From an uncultured bacterium (GTDB taxonomy: Bacteria > Planctomycetota > UBA1135 > GCA-002686595): DNA of 64,000 nt. Shown here in pieces: positions 47,686 to 57,068 of this stretch. Positions within the stretch are counted from its first letter, which is position 1; each line of letters begins with the position of its first letter. The translations under genes and the position numbers were made by a program. The notes beneath the pieces were generated by a model. It was not told where the DNA came from. It did not search any database and worked only from the letters and a program-made list of their open reading frames with translations. The stretch is from assembly GCA_943787795.1 (NCBI GenBank), contig CALSNU010000003.1, positions 128,001 through 192,000 of the forward strand. Reading direction: 5' to 3'.

Positions 47686-49631
47686 GATTTGGCTCCTCCG
47701 CTGCGAGCGGTTCGGGCGCCGGCGCGGCCCATACGGACGCTGAGCGTCAGGGCCGCGAGAATGGCGGGGATGAGGAAGATATTCAGGAGCTTGAGGCGTG
47801 TCCCCAGGGCGTCAATCTCGGCCCGCAGGTCGCGCTTGACCTCCCGCAACCGGCGGCGCGTCTGCACCTGCTCGGCGCGGAAGGCGCTGATTTGCTCCTC
47901 CTGCTCCTCGGAGAGGATGAGGGCGCTTGAGGGGTCCTTGTCGCGCTGAAGCTGATCCAGGCGAGCCTGGGTGTCCGCGAGCTTGGCTTCCAGCTCGACC
48001 TCCTCGGCTCGGAAGCGTTCCTGGGCCTCGAGCATCAGCGCCTCCTTGCGAGTGAACGGGCGGCTGAACTCCGCCCGGCTTCGCAGGCTGATCAGGTCGC
48101 TGCTGCCGGACATGTTCTCGAGGGCGCTGACCAGGAGGGAGGCGTTGTCCACCTGCGGCTGGAGCCGCACGTTGCCGAAGATGTCCTGCATGGGCTGAGC
48201 CCAGACCGAGTCGTGCAGCATGTCCGCGTCGGCGAAGATGAGCGCGTTGAACGGGGCGGCCGACGCAGCGAGGTGCGCGTCCTCCGGGTCCGCGGCGGCC
48301 TCGCCGTCGAGGTCCTCGCTGGAGCCGTCCGCCGCTGCCCCGGGGGCTCCGTCGGGGAAGGCGCTCCGCACGTTGCCGCTGATGCGCATCGCGAGGGCGG
48401 CGTCGGGCGCGTTCTCGAGGAACGTGTCCGAGACGATCTGCGGGTCCAGGGGGCCCATCAGGGAGAGGGTGTCCATGGTCCCGCCGCCACCGGCGGTGGT
48501 GGTGGCGAGCGTCTCCACCGAGACCCCGTCCGGCGCGTCGTTCGCCCGCGAGAGGGCGCCAGGCATGAAGAAGCGCAGCTTTTTGAGGGGCGAGGTCAGG
48601 ATGTCGTCGCGGTTGATGGTCTCATCCGTGATCCCGAAGGCGAGCGGCATCTGCACCGGCTGGCCCGCCCGGTCGCGGACCGTGAGCGCCCCGATCGAGT
48701 CCCCGGCCACCCGGCTGGGCGTCATGGTCACGCCCCAGGCCGTGAGCAGGTCGTCGATCCCCGAGTCACTGCTGTTGTTCAGCGCCGCCATGGGGTCGGC
48801 CGATTGGCGCGCGGGATCGAGATAGCAGAAGGGGTCGACGAACGCGACGACCTTGCCGCCGGAGAGGGCGAACTGGTCAATCGCGTAGCGGCCGGCCGCG
48901 CTGAGTCCCTTGGGGTGTACGAGCAGGAGCAGGTCGATGTCGCCATCAAGCTCCGTCAGGGTGGCGGGGTCGAGGTCTCGGATCTCGTAGCGCCGCTCGA
49001 TCAGCTCAAGGATCGGCCAGGGGGGCAGCTGCTGGGGGGGCTGTCCCGGCTGGGCCGCAGGCTGTGACCCACCGCGCAGGGGGAGAGAGGAGATGATCCC
49101 CACCAGGGGGAGCTCGGGGTTCTCGAGCCGGTCGATCATCTCCGTGAGCTCGTACTCGAGGAAGCTCTCGCGGCGCGGGTCGAGGACGGGCAGGACCTCC
49201 TCGTCGTCCACGGAGTTGGTCCCGACGATGCCCATGTAGAGCCGGTCGCCCTCGGCGTTGGCCACGCGGCCCTGGATGCCGTAGCCGACCGCGAGCTCTT
49301 CCGCCTCCGAGTAAGGCTCGGGGTCGATGACCTCGAGCCGGAGCTGGCCTCCGGAGAGGGCGGCATATTCCTCGAGCATCTCGCGTACGCGCTCTGCGTA
49401 GCTCAGCAGCGGCGGCGCCTCGGTGGCCACGGTCTTGGCGAAGAAGAACCGCAGGGTGATGGGTTCCTCCAGGCCAGCCAGGATGTTGCGAGTCCCCTGG
49501 GACAGCGTGTACAGGCGCTGCTCGGTGAGGTCCGCGCGGACTCCCCGCAGGAGCGGGCCGGCCAGCAGGTTGAGGGCGAGGAAGAGGGCCGCCGCGAGGA
49601 GGAGGCCGAGGGTGGTGTTTCTGGTGTTCAT
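47682..49631 (-). CDS. GldG-like ABC transporter auxiliary component
   Basis: RADLTEQRLYTLSQGT, FLEYEL, LLLVHPK..YAIDQF..GG..AFVDP, ADADML, LISLRSR. Confidence 0.88.
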   Translation of the reverse strand: MNTRNTTLGLLLAAALFLALNLLAGPLLRGVRADLTEQRLYTLSQGTRNILAGLEEPITLRFFFAKTVATEAPPLLSYAERVREMLEEYAALSGGQLRLEVIDPEPYSEAEELAVGYGIQGRVANAEGDRLYMGIVGTNSVDDEEVLPVLDPRRESFLEYELTEMIDRLENPELPLVGIISSLPLRGGSQPAAQPGQPPQQLPPWPILELIERRYEIRDLDPATLTELDGDIDLLLLVHPKGLSAAGRYAIDQFALSGGKVVAFVDPFCYLDPARQSADPMAALNNSSDSGIDDLLTAWGVTMTPSRVAGDSIGALTVRDRAGQPVQMPLAFGITDETINRDDILTSPLKKLRFFMPGALSRANDAPDGVSVETLATTTAGGGGTMDTLSLMGPLDPQIVSDTFLENAPDAALAMRISGNVRSAFPDGAPGAAADGSSEDLDGEAAADPEDAHLAASAAPFNALIFADADMLHDSVWAQPMQDIFGNVRLQPQVDNASLLVSALENMSGSSDLISLRSRAEFSRPFTRKEALMLEAQERFRAEEVELEAKLADTQARLDQLQRDKDPSSALILSEEQEEQISAFRAEQVQTRRRLREVKRDLRAEIDALGTRLKLLNIFLIPAILAALTLSVRMGRAGARTARSGGAKS

Positions 49632-49637
49632 CGTGCG

Positions 49638-50372
49638 TCAGTCCGCTTTCTTTTGGTCAACGATGACGGCGCTCCCGAAGAGGAAGAGCGCGATGACGGA
49701 GAGGAAGTAGAGGACGTCTCGGGCGTCGACCACGCCGCGGGTGATGGCGTCGAAGTGGTCGAGGAACGAGAGGTTCCGGATGGAGCCCACGAACCACTCG
49801 GGTGCCCAGCCGCTGATGGCGTCCGTGACGGCCGGGAAGCCGGCCAGCACAAACAGGAGCGAGGCCGTGAAGGTCAGCACGAAGGCGCTGACCTGGTTCT
49901 TCGTGAGGGCGGAGAGAGCGGAGCCCACGGCCAGGAAGCCCCCGGCCATCAAGAAGCTCCCGAGATAGCTGGCGAGGATCACGCCGTTGTCGGGCTCCCC
50001 GAGGTAGTTGACGGTCCACCAGTTGGTCACCGTCAGGGCGAGCCCGAGGCCCGTGAAGGCCCAGGCGGCGAGGAACTTGCCGAGCACCGCGCCGCCCGTG
50101 GAGATGGGCAGCGTCATGAGGAACTCGATGGTCCCCGATCGGCGCTCCTCCGCCCACAGGCGCATGGAGAGCGCCGGGATGAGGGCCAGGTAGAGCCAAG
50201 GGTGGAAGGTGAAGAAGCCGCGCAGATCGGCCTGCTCCAGCTCGTAGTAGCCGCCCAGCTGCCACGTGAACACACCGGCGAGGATCAGGAAGATCACCAG
50301 GAAGACGTAGGCCACCGGGGTGCCGAAGTACCCCGCCAGCTCGCGCCGGAAGACGGTCATGGTTCCACGCAT
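49638..50372 (-). CDS. GldF-like ABC-2 permease
   Basis: RRELAGYF.TPVAYV, PALSMRLWAEERRSGTIE.LMTLP, HFDAITRGVVD. Confidence 0.92.
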   Translation of the reverse strand: MRGTMTVFRRELAGYFGTPVAYVFLVIFLILAGVFTWQLGGYYELEQADLRGFFTFHPWLYLALIPALSMRLWAEERRSGTIEFLMTLPISTGGAVLGKFLAAWAFTGLGLALTVTNWWTVNYLGEPDNGVILASYLGSFLMAGGFLAVGSALSALTKNQVSAFVLTFTASLLFVLAGFPAVTDAISGWAPEWFVGSIRNLSFLDHFDAITRGVVDARDVLYFLSVIALFLFGSAVIVDQKKAD

Positions 50373-50373
50373 C

Positions 50374-51324
50374 TCAGGCTCCTTGGGCGTTCTCGCCGGT
50401 GGTCACGGTTCGGAAGACGTCGTCCATATGCCCGCGGTCCACCGCGAGGCTCATGAGGCTCCACGGGGCGCCGGCGGCGACCCGTTGGACATCCTCCAGC
50501 AGGGGTGCGTCGGTCGCCGGGAAGACCACGAAGCGGGTCTCCTCCTCGGCCTCGACGACCTCGCCAACGTGGGAGACCGACTCGAGCGCTCCGAGGTCAC
50601 GCTGTGCGTCCTCGGCATCGACGCTCGCCACCGCGATCTCGATGGCGCCCGCGAAGCGCGAGCTACCGCGGAGCTCTGCGGGGGTGCCGTCGAACTTGAT
50701 GCTGCCCTCGGCGACGATCATGGCGCGGGTGCAGACGGCCTCGACCTCCTCCAGGATGTGGGTCGAGAGGACGATCACCTTGCCCGCAGACATCGCGCGA
50801 ATCAGCTCGCGCACCTCGTGCTTTTGGTTCGGGTCGAGGCCGTCGGTGGGCTCGTCCAGGATCAGCACCTCAGGGTCGTGCAGGATGGCGAGCGCGAGGC
50901 CCACCCGTCGCTTGAAGCCCTTCGAGAGGGTCTCGATCCGCTGCTCCATGACCGCCTCGAGGTGGACGAGCCGGCAGACCTCGTCGATGCGCGCCGCGAG
51001 CCGGTCGGGGGCCATGCCTCGGGCGCTGCCCACGAACCGCATCATGGAGCGCGGGTTCATGTCCGGATAGAGGGGCGCCCCCTCCGGGAGGTAGCCGATG
51101 GCGGCCTGGGCGCCGGCGGCGTCGGTGAGCACATCGTGCCCGCAGACGCTGATGGCGCCGGAGGTCGGGGAGAGGAAGCCGGTGACCATCTTCATGGTCG
51201 TGGACTTGCCGGCCCCGTTGGGGCCAAGGAAGCCGAGGACCTCGCCGGGCTGGACCCGGAAGCTGAGGTCGTCGACGGCCGTGATGGGGCCAAACCTCTT
51301 GGTCAGGTTCTTGATCTCGATCAT
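50374..51324 (-). CDS. GldA-like ABC transporter ATP-binding protein
   Basis: Walker A GPNGAGKST, LSKGFKRRVGLA, LILDEPTDGLDP, STHIL. Confidence 0.95.
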   Translation of the reverse strand: MIEIKNLTKRFGPITAVDDLSFRVQPGEVLGFLGPNGAGKSTTMKMVTGFLSPTSGAISVCGHDVLTDAAGAQAAIGYLPEGAPLYPDMNPRSMMRFVGSARGMAPDRLAARIDEVCRLVHLEAVMEQRIETLSKGFKRRVGLALAILHDPEVLILDEPTDGLDPNQKHEVRELIRAMSAGKVIVLSTHILEEVEAVCTRAMIVAEGSIKFDGTPAELRGSSRFAGAIEIAVASVDAEDAQRDLGALESVSHVGEVVEAEEETRFVVFPATDAPLLEDVQRVAAGAPWSLMSLAVDRGHMDDVFRTVTTGENAQGA

Positions 51325-51496
51325 GGCGCGAGAGGGGGGGGCTCTGTCGCTGCGGGAGGGTGCGCGGCCCGGAGGTGGGTGGCGCGTTGCGGGTCGCTAC
51401 GCCCCTGGCCAGCAGGGGTTGGTGGGCCGTGAGAATATTCAGTCGGGGCCCCTCGGCGCCACCCAGGCGCCCGGTTCACTTCAGAAGGCACCTGCG

Positions 51497-51572
51497 CGGG
51501 CCCACCACCGGGCCCACCACCGGGCCCACCACCGGGCCGCGGCTGCCCCGGCAGCCTCGTCGGCAGCCTCGC
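51497..51572. repeat. Two intergenic 12-bp tandem repeats (CGGGCCCACCAC x3.5; CGGCAGCCTCG[T/C] x2)
   Basis: Units at 51497, 51509, 51521, partial 51533; second repeat at 51549, 51561. Confidence 0.85.
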
Positions 51573-51641
51573 TGGCCGCCGGGTCTCGTCGATCCGGGAT
51601 CCCCTTCAGGAGAGCCCGCCCGTCGAGCCGATAGCTCCGCC

Positions 51642-52328
51642 ATGAGAGCCCCCGAGCGAGCCACCGTTTCGATCCCCTCACTGCCCATCGCGGCGACGGG
51701 GCAGGTGGAGGCGGTCAGGACCGACCCCTCAGGGCTGCACCTGGTCGTGCGCTATCCCTCGCAGGGAGCCCCGGTGCTCCCGGTCGGTCGGTCGGGGGAG
51801 CTGAGGGTCCAGCACGACGCGTCGGGGGAGGACCTCGTGGTCCTGGGCAAGGTCACCCTGCGCGAGGACTGCGGGGGAGGGCGCTGCTACGACTTCCTGC
51901 TCGGCGAGCGCTCACGTCAGGCCCTCGCGCCCATCTTCGAGCCCCGTCGGGCGGACAGGGTGGTCCTGGAGGGTGAGGTCGAGGTCTCCCTGTGCCCAGG
52001 GGATGGGGGGCCGCTGCTGCACGGGGTGGCCCGAGACCTCTCTCCCGGCGGGGTCTGCGTCGAGGTTTCCTGGGGGGAGGAGGCTCGGCTGGCGGCGGTA
52101 GACACCCTGCGGGTGAGCCTGACGGCCGATGGAAAGGAGGAGGTCGCAACCTTCGAGGCATGGGTCAAGAGCCGCCGGCTTGGTCGGGGCGTGATCCTCC
52201 TGGGGATGGCCCTCGAGCCGATCCCAGGCGAGGGGGCGGCGACCTCGGAGGCCACCGTCGAGGCCTGGGTGGCGGAGTTCATGCTCCGTACCGAGGGGGC
52301 CGCGATGGACGTCCGGCGGAGCGCCTGA
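51642..52328 (+). CDS. PilZ domain protein (probably tandem PilZ-like folds)
   Basis: Start re-called at MRAPER. RRADR (RxxxR) and DLSPGG (DxSxxG) motifs. Confidence 0.8.
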   Translation: MRAPERATVSIPSLPIAATGQVEAVRTDPSGLHLVVRYPSQGAPVLPVGRSGELRVQHDASGEDLVVLGKVTLREDCGGGRCYDFLLGERSRQALAPIFEPRRADRVVLEGEVEVSLCPGDGGPLLHGVARDLSPGGVCVEVSWGEEARLAAVDTLRVSLTADGKEEVATFEAWVKSRRLGRGVILLGMALEPIPGEGAATSEATVEAWVAEFMLRTEGAAMDVRRSA

Positions 52329-52454
52329 GCCACGCTCAGCACTCCTAGGGGCACCTGTGCCTTGCGCCAAGGGGGGAGGTCTTGGCACCTTGAGGTCGCG
52401 CACCGTGGCCCCGGTCGCGCGGACTTGGGGCCTGTCAACCGCGCGGAGGGGGAG

Positions 52455-53489
52455 ATGTTTGGCCGATCCAAGAAGCGTGAGCTGAAAGCTGCGGAGACCC
52501 TTGCTGCCGAGGTCAAGGCGCAGCGAGAGGTGACCCAGGAGCTGGTGGAGCGCTACGAGCAGCGCACCAAGAAGACGGTGCAGGCCATCGAGGCCGCCAG
52601 CAAGGCGCGGGAGGAGCGCGACGAGTACCGGCGCGTCCTCGCGGCGGCCATCGCCAGCGAGCGGCGCCAGGAGCTCCACGTGACCGGCCTCGAGCGTGAG
52701 CTCAAGGAGGTCAAGGAGAGCGTGTTGGCCGAGGCTCGTGCCCGCGGCGCTGCGGAGTCAGCGAGCGAGAGCGCGCGGGCGAGGGTCGCCGAGCTCGAGG
52801 CGGAGCTGTGCGCGGCCGCGCTCCAGCTGGAGAAGGAGCGTGGAGACGCCGCCGACCGCGCCTGGGCCGAGCGCGAGGCCGCGCGGGCCGAGATGGTGCA
52901 GCTGGTGTCGAGGAGCCGTGATGAGGCCCGGACGCTCACGGCCGAGGTCCGGCGTGCACTGGGATGGATGGGCATGGGTCCCCGGGACGCGGACGGGCAT
53001 CCGACCGATGACCCTGCCGTGCAGTCCGTCCTGCGCCAGCGTGGCAAGGTGCTCGCGGGCCTCGCCCTCGGGGCGGCGCTCGTCGGCGTCGGGCTCACGC
53101 CTGCGGCCCTGCTCGCGGCCATGGACGCGGAGCGGGCGGCGTACATCCAGCTGGCCTCGGGCGCGTCCCCCTGGCAGCTGATCCTCGGGGCGCTCGGGTG
53201 CTTCGGCGCCGCCGTCTTCCTCTATGGTCGCGCCATCCATGACCTGCGATCGCCCGCTCCACGGGAGGACCTGGGTGCCCCGGCCGCCTCCGGGGAGCCG
53301 GCCGTCCCGGCGCCGGCCGCGTCGGAGGAGGAGCATCCCGCGCCCGCGAGCGTGGAGCCTGAGGCTGAGCCTGCGGCCGAGCCCGCGGCTGAGCTTGCGG
53401 CCGAGCCCGCGGCTGAGCTTGCGGTCGAGCCCGCGGCCGGGGGCGAAGGAGAGGAAGGCGACGCTGCGGAGCGCGACCGCCTCACCTGA
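52455..53489 (+). CDS. Coiled-coil membrane protein with two TMs and an acidic tail
   Basis: SD GGAGG; start MFGRSKKR; long Glu/Arg/Ala coiled coil; EPAAELAA repeats. Confidence 0.7.
   Translation: MFGRSKKRELKAAETLAAEVKAQREVTQELVERYEQRTKKTVQAIEAASKAREERDEYRRVLAAAIASERRQELHVTGLERELKEVKESVLAEARARGAAESASESARARVAELEAELCAAALQLEKERGDAADRAWAEREAARAEMVQLVSRSRDEARTLTAEVRRALGWMGMGPRDADGHPTDDPAVQSVLRQRGKVLAGLALGAALVGVGLTPAALLAAMDAERAAYIQLASGASPWQLILGALGCFGAAVFLYGRAIHDLRSPAPREDLGAPAASGEPAVPAPAASEEEHPAPASVEPEAEPAAEPAAELAAEPAAELAVEPAAGGEGEEGDAAERDRLT
53355..53437 (+). repeat. In-frame 12/24-bp repeat (EPAA/ELAA)
   Basis: Alternating GAGCCCGCGGCT / GAGCTTGCGGCC units. Confidence 0.75.
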
Positions 53490-53544
53490 GCGGACTGGGG
53501 ACGGCGGCGCCCGTCGACCTGTGACCACGGTTCACGACGTGGAC

Positions 53545-53550
53545 TAGACT
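53545..53550 (+). promoter_or_regulatory. -10 box TAGACT, 6 nt before ATG (candidate leaderless promoter)
   Basis: TAGACT-GGCGCC-ATG(53557). Confidence 0.6.
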
Positions 53551-53556
53551 GGCGCC

Positions 53557-55338
53557 ATGCTGGTCACCCTCTCCGCGCTGATGCTCGCCCTGGTCCCCGG
53601 CCCTGCGCCCATTCAGGTCCCTGGCGCCGAGGGGCAGCCTCAGATCACCAGGGCCACGGTGCCCGCGCCCAATGGCTCGCTGCTGCCCCTCGTCGAGTCC
53701 GTGCCGGACGGCGGGAGCCCCACCTGGCCCAAGACGGTGGCGGAGTCCAGCGGGTTCACCAGGAGCTCGACCACGGCGGAGGTGATCGCCTTCCTGGAGT
53801 CGCTCGACCCCCTCCCGCGCGGCGGCTGGCTCCAGCGCCGCGTCATCGGCCGGACCACCGAGGGGCGGGACCTGGTCGCGGTCACGGTGACCGCTCCGGG
53901 GTCGGCCGAGGAGGTGGCGGCGCGGCCCGCGATCCTGGTGAACGCCAATATCCACGGCGGAGAGATCGAGGGGAAGGTGGCGGTCCAGCTCCTGCTCCGC
54001 GAGTTCGCCGTGGGGTACCACCGCCACCTGGCCGAGCGGCTCCGGCTGACCTTCGTGCCGGTCTACAACGCCGACGGCAACGACCGCATCGCGCGCACCC
54101 ACCGGGTCACCCAGAACGGGCCCGACGGGGGCGTGGGGGAGCGGCCGAACGCCATGGGCCTCGACCTGAACCGGGATTTCGTCAAGGTCGAGTCCCCGGA
54201 GGCGAGGGCGCTGACCGGGCTCGTGAACGAGCTTCGGCCCATCGCGTTCATGGACCTGCACACCACGAACGGCTCCTACCACGGCTACGACCTCACCTAC
54301 TCGCCGAGCCTCTCCCCGAACGCGAACCCGGCGCTCGACGCCTACGTGCGCGGCGCGCTGCTCCCCGGGGTGCGCGAGCGCCTGCGCCTCGCGCGCTTCG
54401 AGGTCTTCGACTACGGCAACTTCGCGTATCCGCCCCGCAAGCGCGGGTCCCGTGGCGACCGCGGCGACCCCGTGGCCTGGTCCACCTACGACTCGCGGCC
54501 GCGCTTCGGGACGAACCTGATGGGGCTGCGGGACACCGTCTCGATTCTCTCCGAAGCCTACAGCTACCTTCCATATCAGCGCCGCGTGGAAGCCACCTAC
54601 GCCTTCACGCTCGCGAGCCTGAGGCGCATCGCGGAGGACCGGGAGGCCATCCAGGAGCTGATCGAGGTCTCGAGGGCGGCGCGGGTCGACGGGAACGGTG
54701 AGGTGACCTGGATGCTCGGCGTGGACTGCGAGCTCGCGCCGGGGCGGCAGGGACCGGTCCGGGTGAGCGAGATCGACACCGTGGAGGTTGACCTCGATCT
54801 GGAGAAGCGGGGGATGCAGGCGGGCACCCGCCGCGTCGCGCGGGGCCTCGAATCCGTGCGCGTGGTCGAGATGGAGGTCCGGGATCGCTTCCAACCGACC
54901 CGCATGGCGGAGGTCGGCCGGTGCTTCGTGCTCGCTGATCCTCCGCAAGACGTCCTCGACGCCCTTCGCGTTCACCTCGGAGAGGGGGGCGGCCTGCGCC
55001 TGCTCGCAGAGGACGTCGAGCTGGATCTGCGCCGCTTCACCGTGTCCTCGGCGGACCGCGCCACTCGCCCGTTCCAGGGGCACCGCGAGGTCTCGGTGGA
55101 GGGCGAGTGGAGCAGTCGGGTGACGAAGGTCCCGGCGGGGGCGGTCCTGGTGCCGTGCACCCCGCTCACGGCCCACCTGCTCCACCCCGAGAGCGACGAC
55201 TCCTTCACCACATGGAACTTCTTCGACCACGCCCTGTTCGAGGGCTCGCCCGAGGACGCTTGGTCCGGCGCTCCCCGTGAGGGCGTGCTCCACCCCGTGG
55301 CGATCAGCCGCGTCGCCATTGGAGAGCCCGGGCGCTGA
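53557..55338 (+). CDS. M14 family zinc carboxypeptidase, secreted
   Basis: IHGGEIEG (HxxE), YNADG, DLNRD, DLHTTNG. Confidence 0.92.
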   Translation: MLVTLSALMLALVPGPAPIQVPGAEGQPQITRATVPAPNGSLLPLVESVPDGGSPTWPKTVAESSGFTRSSTTAEVIAFLESLDPLPRGGWLQRRVIGRTTEGRDLVAVTVTAPGSAEEVAARPAILVNANIHGGEIEGKVAVQLLLREFAVGYHRHLAERLRLTFVPVYNADGNDRIARTHRVTQNGPDGGVGERPNAMGLDLNRDFVKVESPEARALTGLVNELRPIAFMDLHTTNGSYHGYDLTYSPSLSPNANPALDAYVRGALLPGVRERLRLARFEVFDYGNFAYPPRKRGSRGDRGDPVAWSTYDSRPRFGTNLMGLRDTVSILSEAYSYLPYQRRVEATYAFTLASLRRIAEDREAIQELIEVSRAARVDGNGEVTWMLGVDCELAPGRQGPVRVSEIDTVEVDLDLEKRGMQAGTRRVARGLESVRVVEMEVRDRFQPTRMAEVGRCFVLADPPQDVLDALRVHLGEGGGLRLLAEDVELDLRRFTVSSADRATRPFQGHREVSVEGEWSSRVTKVPAGAVLVPCTPLTAHLLHPESDDSFTTWNFFDHALFEGSPEDAWSGAPREGVLHPVAISRVAIGEPGR

Positions 55339-55353
55339 CCCCGCGGCCGGGAC

Positions 55354-55388
55354 AGGGTGGAGGGTGGAGGGTGGAGGGTGGGGGGTGG
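55354..55388. repeat. 7-bp tandem repeat AGGGTGG directly after the tRNA-Arg CCA
   Basis: AGGGTGG x4, then GGGGTGG merging into the tRNA 3' end. Confidence 0.85.
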
Positions 55389-55462
55389 CACGCCCGCCTG
55401 GATTCGAACCAGGGACCGTCCGCTTAGAAGGCGGGTGCTCTATCCAACTGAGCTACGGGCGC
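55386..55462 (-). tRNA. tRNA-Arg (TCT)
   Basis: GCGCCCGTAGCTCAGTTGGATAGAGCA-CCCGC-CTTCTAA-GCGGA-CGGTC-CCTGGTTCGAATCCAGG-CGGGCGT-GCCA. Confidence 0.96.
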
Positions 55463-55465
55463 ATG

Positions 55466-55541
55466 TGGTCGGGGTGACTGGACTCGAACCAGCGACTCAT
55501 AGCACCCAAAGCTACGCCTCTACCAACTGAGGTACACCCCG
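55466..55541 (-). tRNA. tRNA-Pro (TGG)
   Basis: CGGGGTGTACCTCAGTTGGTAGAGGC-GTAGC-TTTGGGT-GCTAT-GAGTC-GCTGGTTCGAGTCCAGT-CACCCCG-ACCA; 3-nt spacer to tRNA-Arg; -10-like TACGCT at 55552-55557. Confidence 0.96.
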
Positions 55542-55733
55542 ACAGGCCCGGAGCGTAGCCCAATCTCGGCCGGGGGCCTAGGGAGCCGCGCGGCATCGGG
55601 GCGCCATCCTGCGAGATGTCCCGGGCGCCCCGGTCCTGCGCAGGATCGCGTGGCCGCGGGGAGGGCGGGCGGATACCATCTCGGCCGAGCCCCGCTCTCT
55701 CCGGCCTCCTCTTTCACATCTGCAGACGCGCCC

Positions 55734-57068
55734 ATGTCCGATTCCACCCATTCGATGAAGGTCCTCGTGATCGGCTCCGGCGGCCGAGAGCACTCGCTCT
55801 GCTGGAAAATCGGCAAGTCGCCCATGGTCTCGGAGGTCATCTGCGCCCCGGGCAACGCCGGCATCGGTGACGTGGCGAGGATCGCCCCGGTGGCGGCCAA
55901 TGACCTCGACGGGCTGATGGCCCTGGCCGAGGCGGAGCGCCCCGGGTTGGTCGTGATCGGGCCCGAGGATCCGCTCGCGGCAGGGCTCGGCGACCGCATG
56001 CGCGACGCCGGATTCCGGGTCTTCGGCCCCGGCGCTGACGGCGCGCGGCTCGAGGCCTCCAAGGCCTTCTCTAAGGACCTCATCGAGCGGCATCGCATCC
56101 CCACCGCCACGGCCCGCAGCTTCGATCGTTCAGGCCAGGCCAAGGGCTACCTCGAGAGCTGCACGACCTGGCCCCAGGTGGTCAAGGCCGATGGGTTGGC
56201 CGCGGGCAAGGGTGTCTACATCTGTCAGGACCTGGCCGAGGCGAAGATCGCGGTGGACGGGATCATGGAGGAGGGTCGTCACGGAGACGCCGGCACGCAG
56301 ATTCTCATCGAGGAGTTCCTAGTGGGGGAGGAGGCCAGCGTGTTCGCGATCACCGACGGGGACGCGGTGCTCGTGCTCGAGCCCGTTCAGGATCACAAGC
56401 AGGCCTTTGACGGCGACGAGGGACCGAACACCGGCGGCATGGGCGTCTACTCGCCCGTGCCCGAGCTGAGCAAGCGCATCTACAAGCAGATCGAGCAGCA
56501 CGTCCTGCTGCCCTCGATCCACATGCTTCGCCGGGAGAAGATCCCCTTCCGCGGCGTGCTCTTCATCGGGCTCATGCTCACCGAGGGCGGCCCGCGGGTC
56601 ATCGAGTACAACGTCCGCTTCGGCGATCCGGAGTGCCAGGCGCTCATGCGCCGACTCAAGAGTGACATCGTCCCGGTTCTCATCGCGACCGCGGACGGGA
56701 CGCTCTCCGAGATCGAGAGCCCGGAGTGGGACGCGGCCACCTGCGTGGGCGTCGTCGCCGCGGCGGAGGGCTACCCCGAGTCTCCCCGCAAGGGCGATGA
56801 GATCTCCGGACTGGAGGAGGCTGCCGCCGTCGAGGGCGTCGAGGTCTTCCACGCGGGGACCAAGCTCCACCGCAACCTCGACGGAGACGAGGAGGTGGTG
56901 ACCAACGGCGGCCGGGTGCTCACCATCACCGCCATGGGCGCCACCACGGAGGTGGCCCGGGAGCGCGCCTACGAGGCCTACGGCAAGATTCGATATGACG
57001 GCAAGTTCTGCCGAACCGACATTGGCCGCCGCCGGGAGGCGCGCAAGGAGACCACGACGCAGGCGTGA
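55734..57068 (+). CDS. purD: Phosphoribosylamine--glycine ligase
   Basis: MKVLVIGSGGREH, APGNAG, VKADGLAAGKGV, QDHK..GPNTGGMG, EYNVRFGDPE, FHAGT, TNGGRVL. Confidence 0.97.
   Translation: MSDSTHSMKVLVIGSGGREHSLCWKIGKSPMVSEVICAPGNAGIGDVARIAPVAANDLDGLMALAEAERPGLVVIGPEDPLAAGLGDRMRDAGFRVFGPGADGARLEASKAFSKDLIERHRIPTATARSFDRSGQAKGYLESCTTWPQVVKADGLAAGKGVYICQDLAEAKIAVDGIMEEGRHGDAGTQILIEEFLVGEEASVFAITDGDAVLVLEPVQDHKQAFDGDEGPNTGGMGVYSPVPELSKRIYKQIEQHVLLPSIHMLRREKIPFRGVLFIGLMLTEGGPRVIEYNVRFGDPECQALMRRLKSDIVPVLIATADGTLSEIESPEWDAATCVGVVAAAEGYPESPRKGDEISGLEEAAAVEGVEVFHAGTKLHRNLDGDEEVVTNGGRVLTITAMGATTEVARERAYEAYGKIRYDGKFCRTDIGRRREARKETTTQA

Noticed and set aside
46435..51324. Evidence for Bacteroidota-type gliding or T9SS
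   Set aside because: GldAFG-like ABC operons are widespread, and no GldK/L/M/N or SprA genes are in the window.
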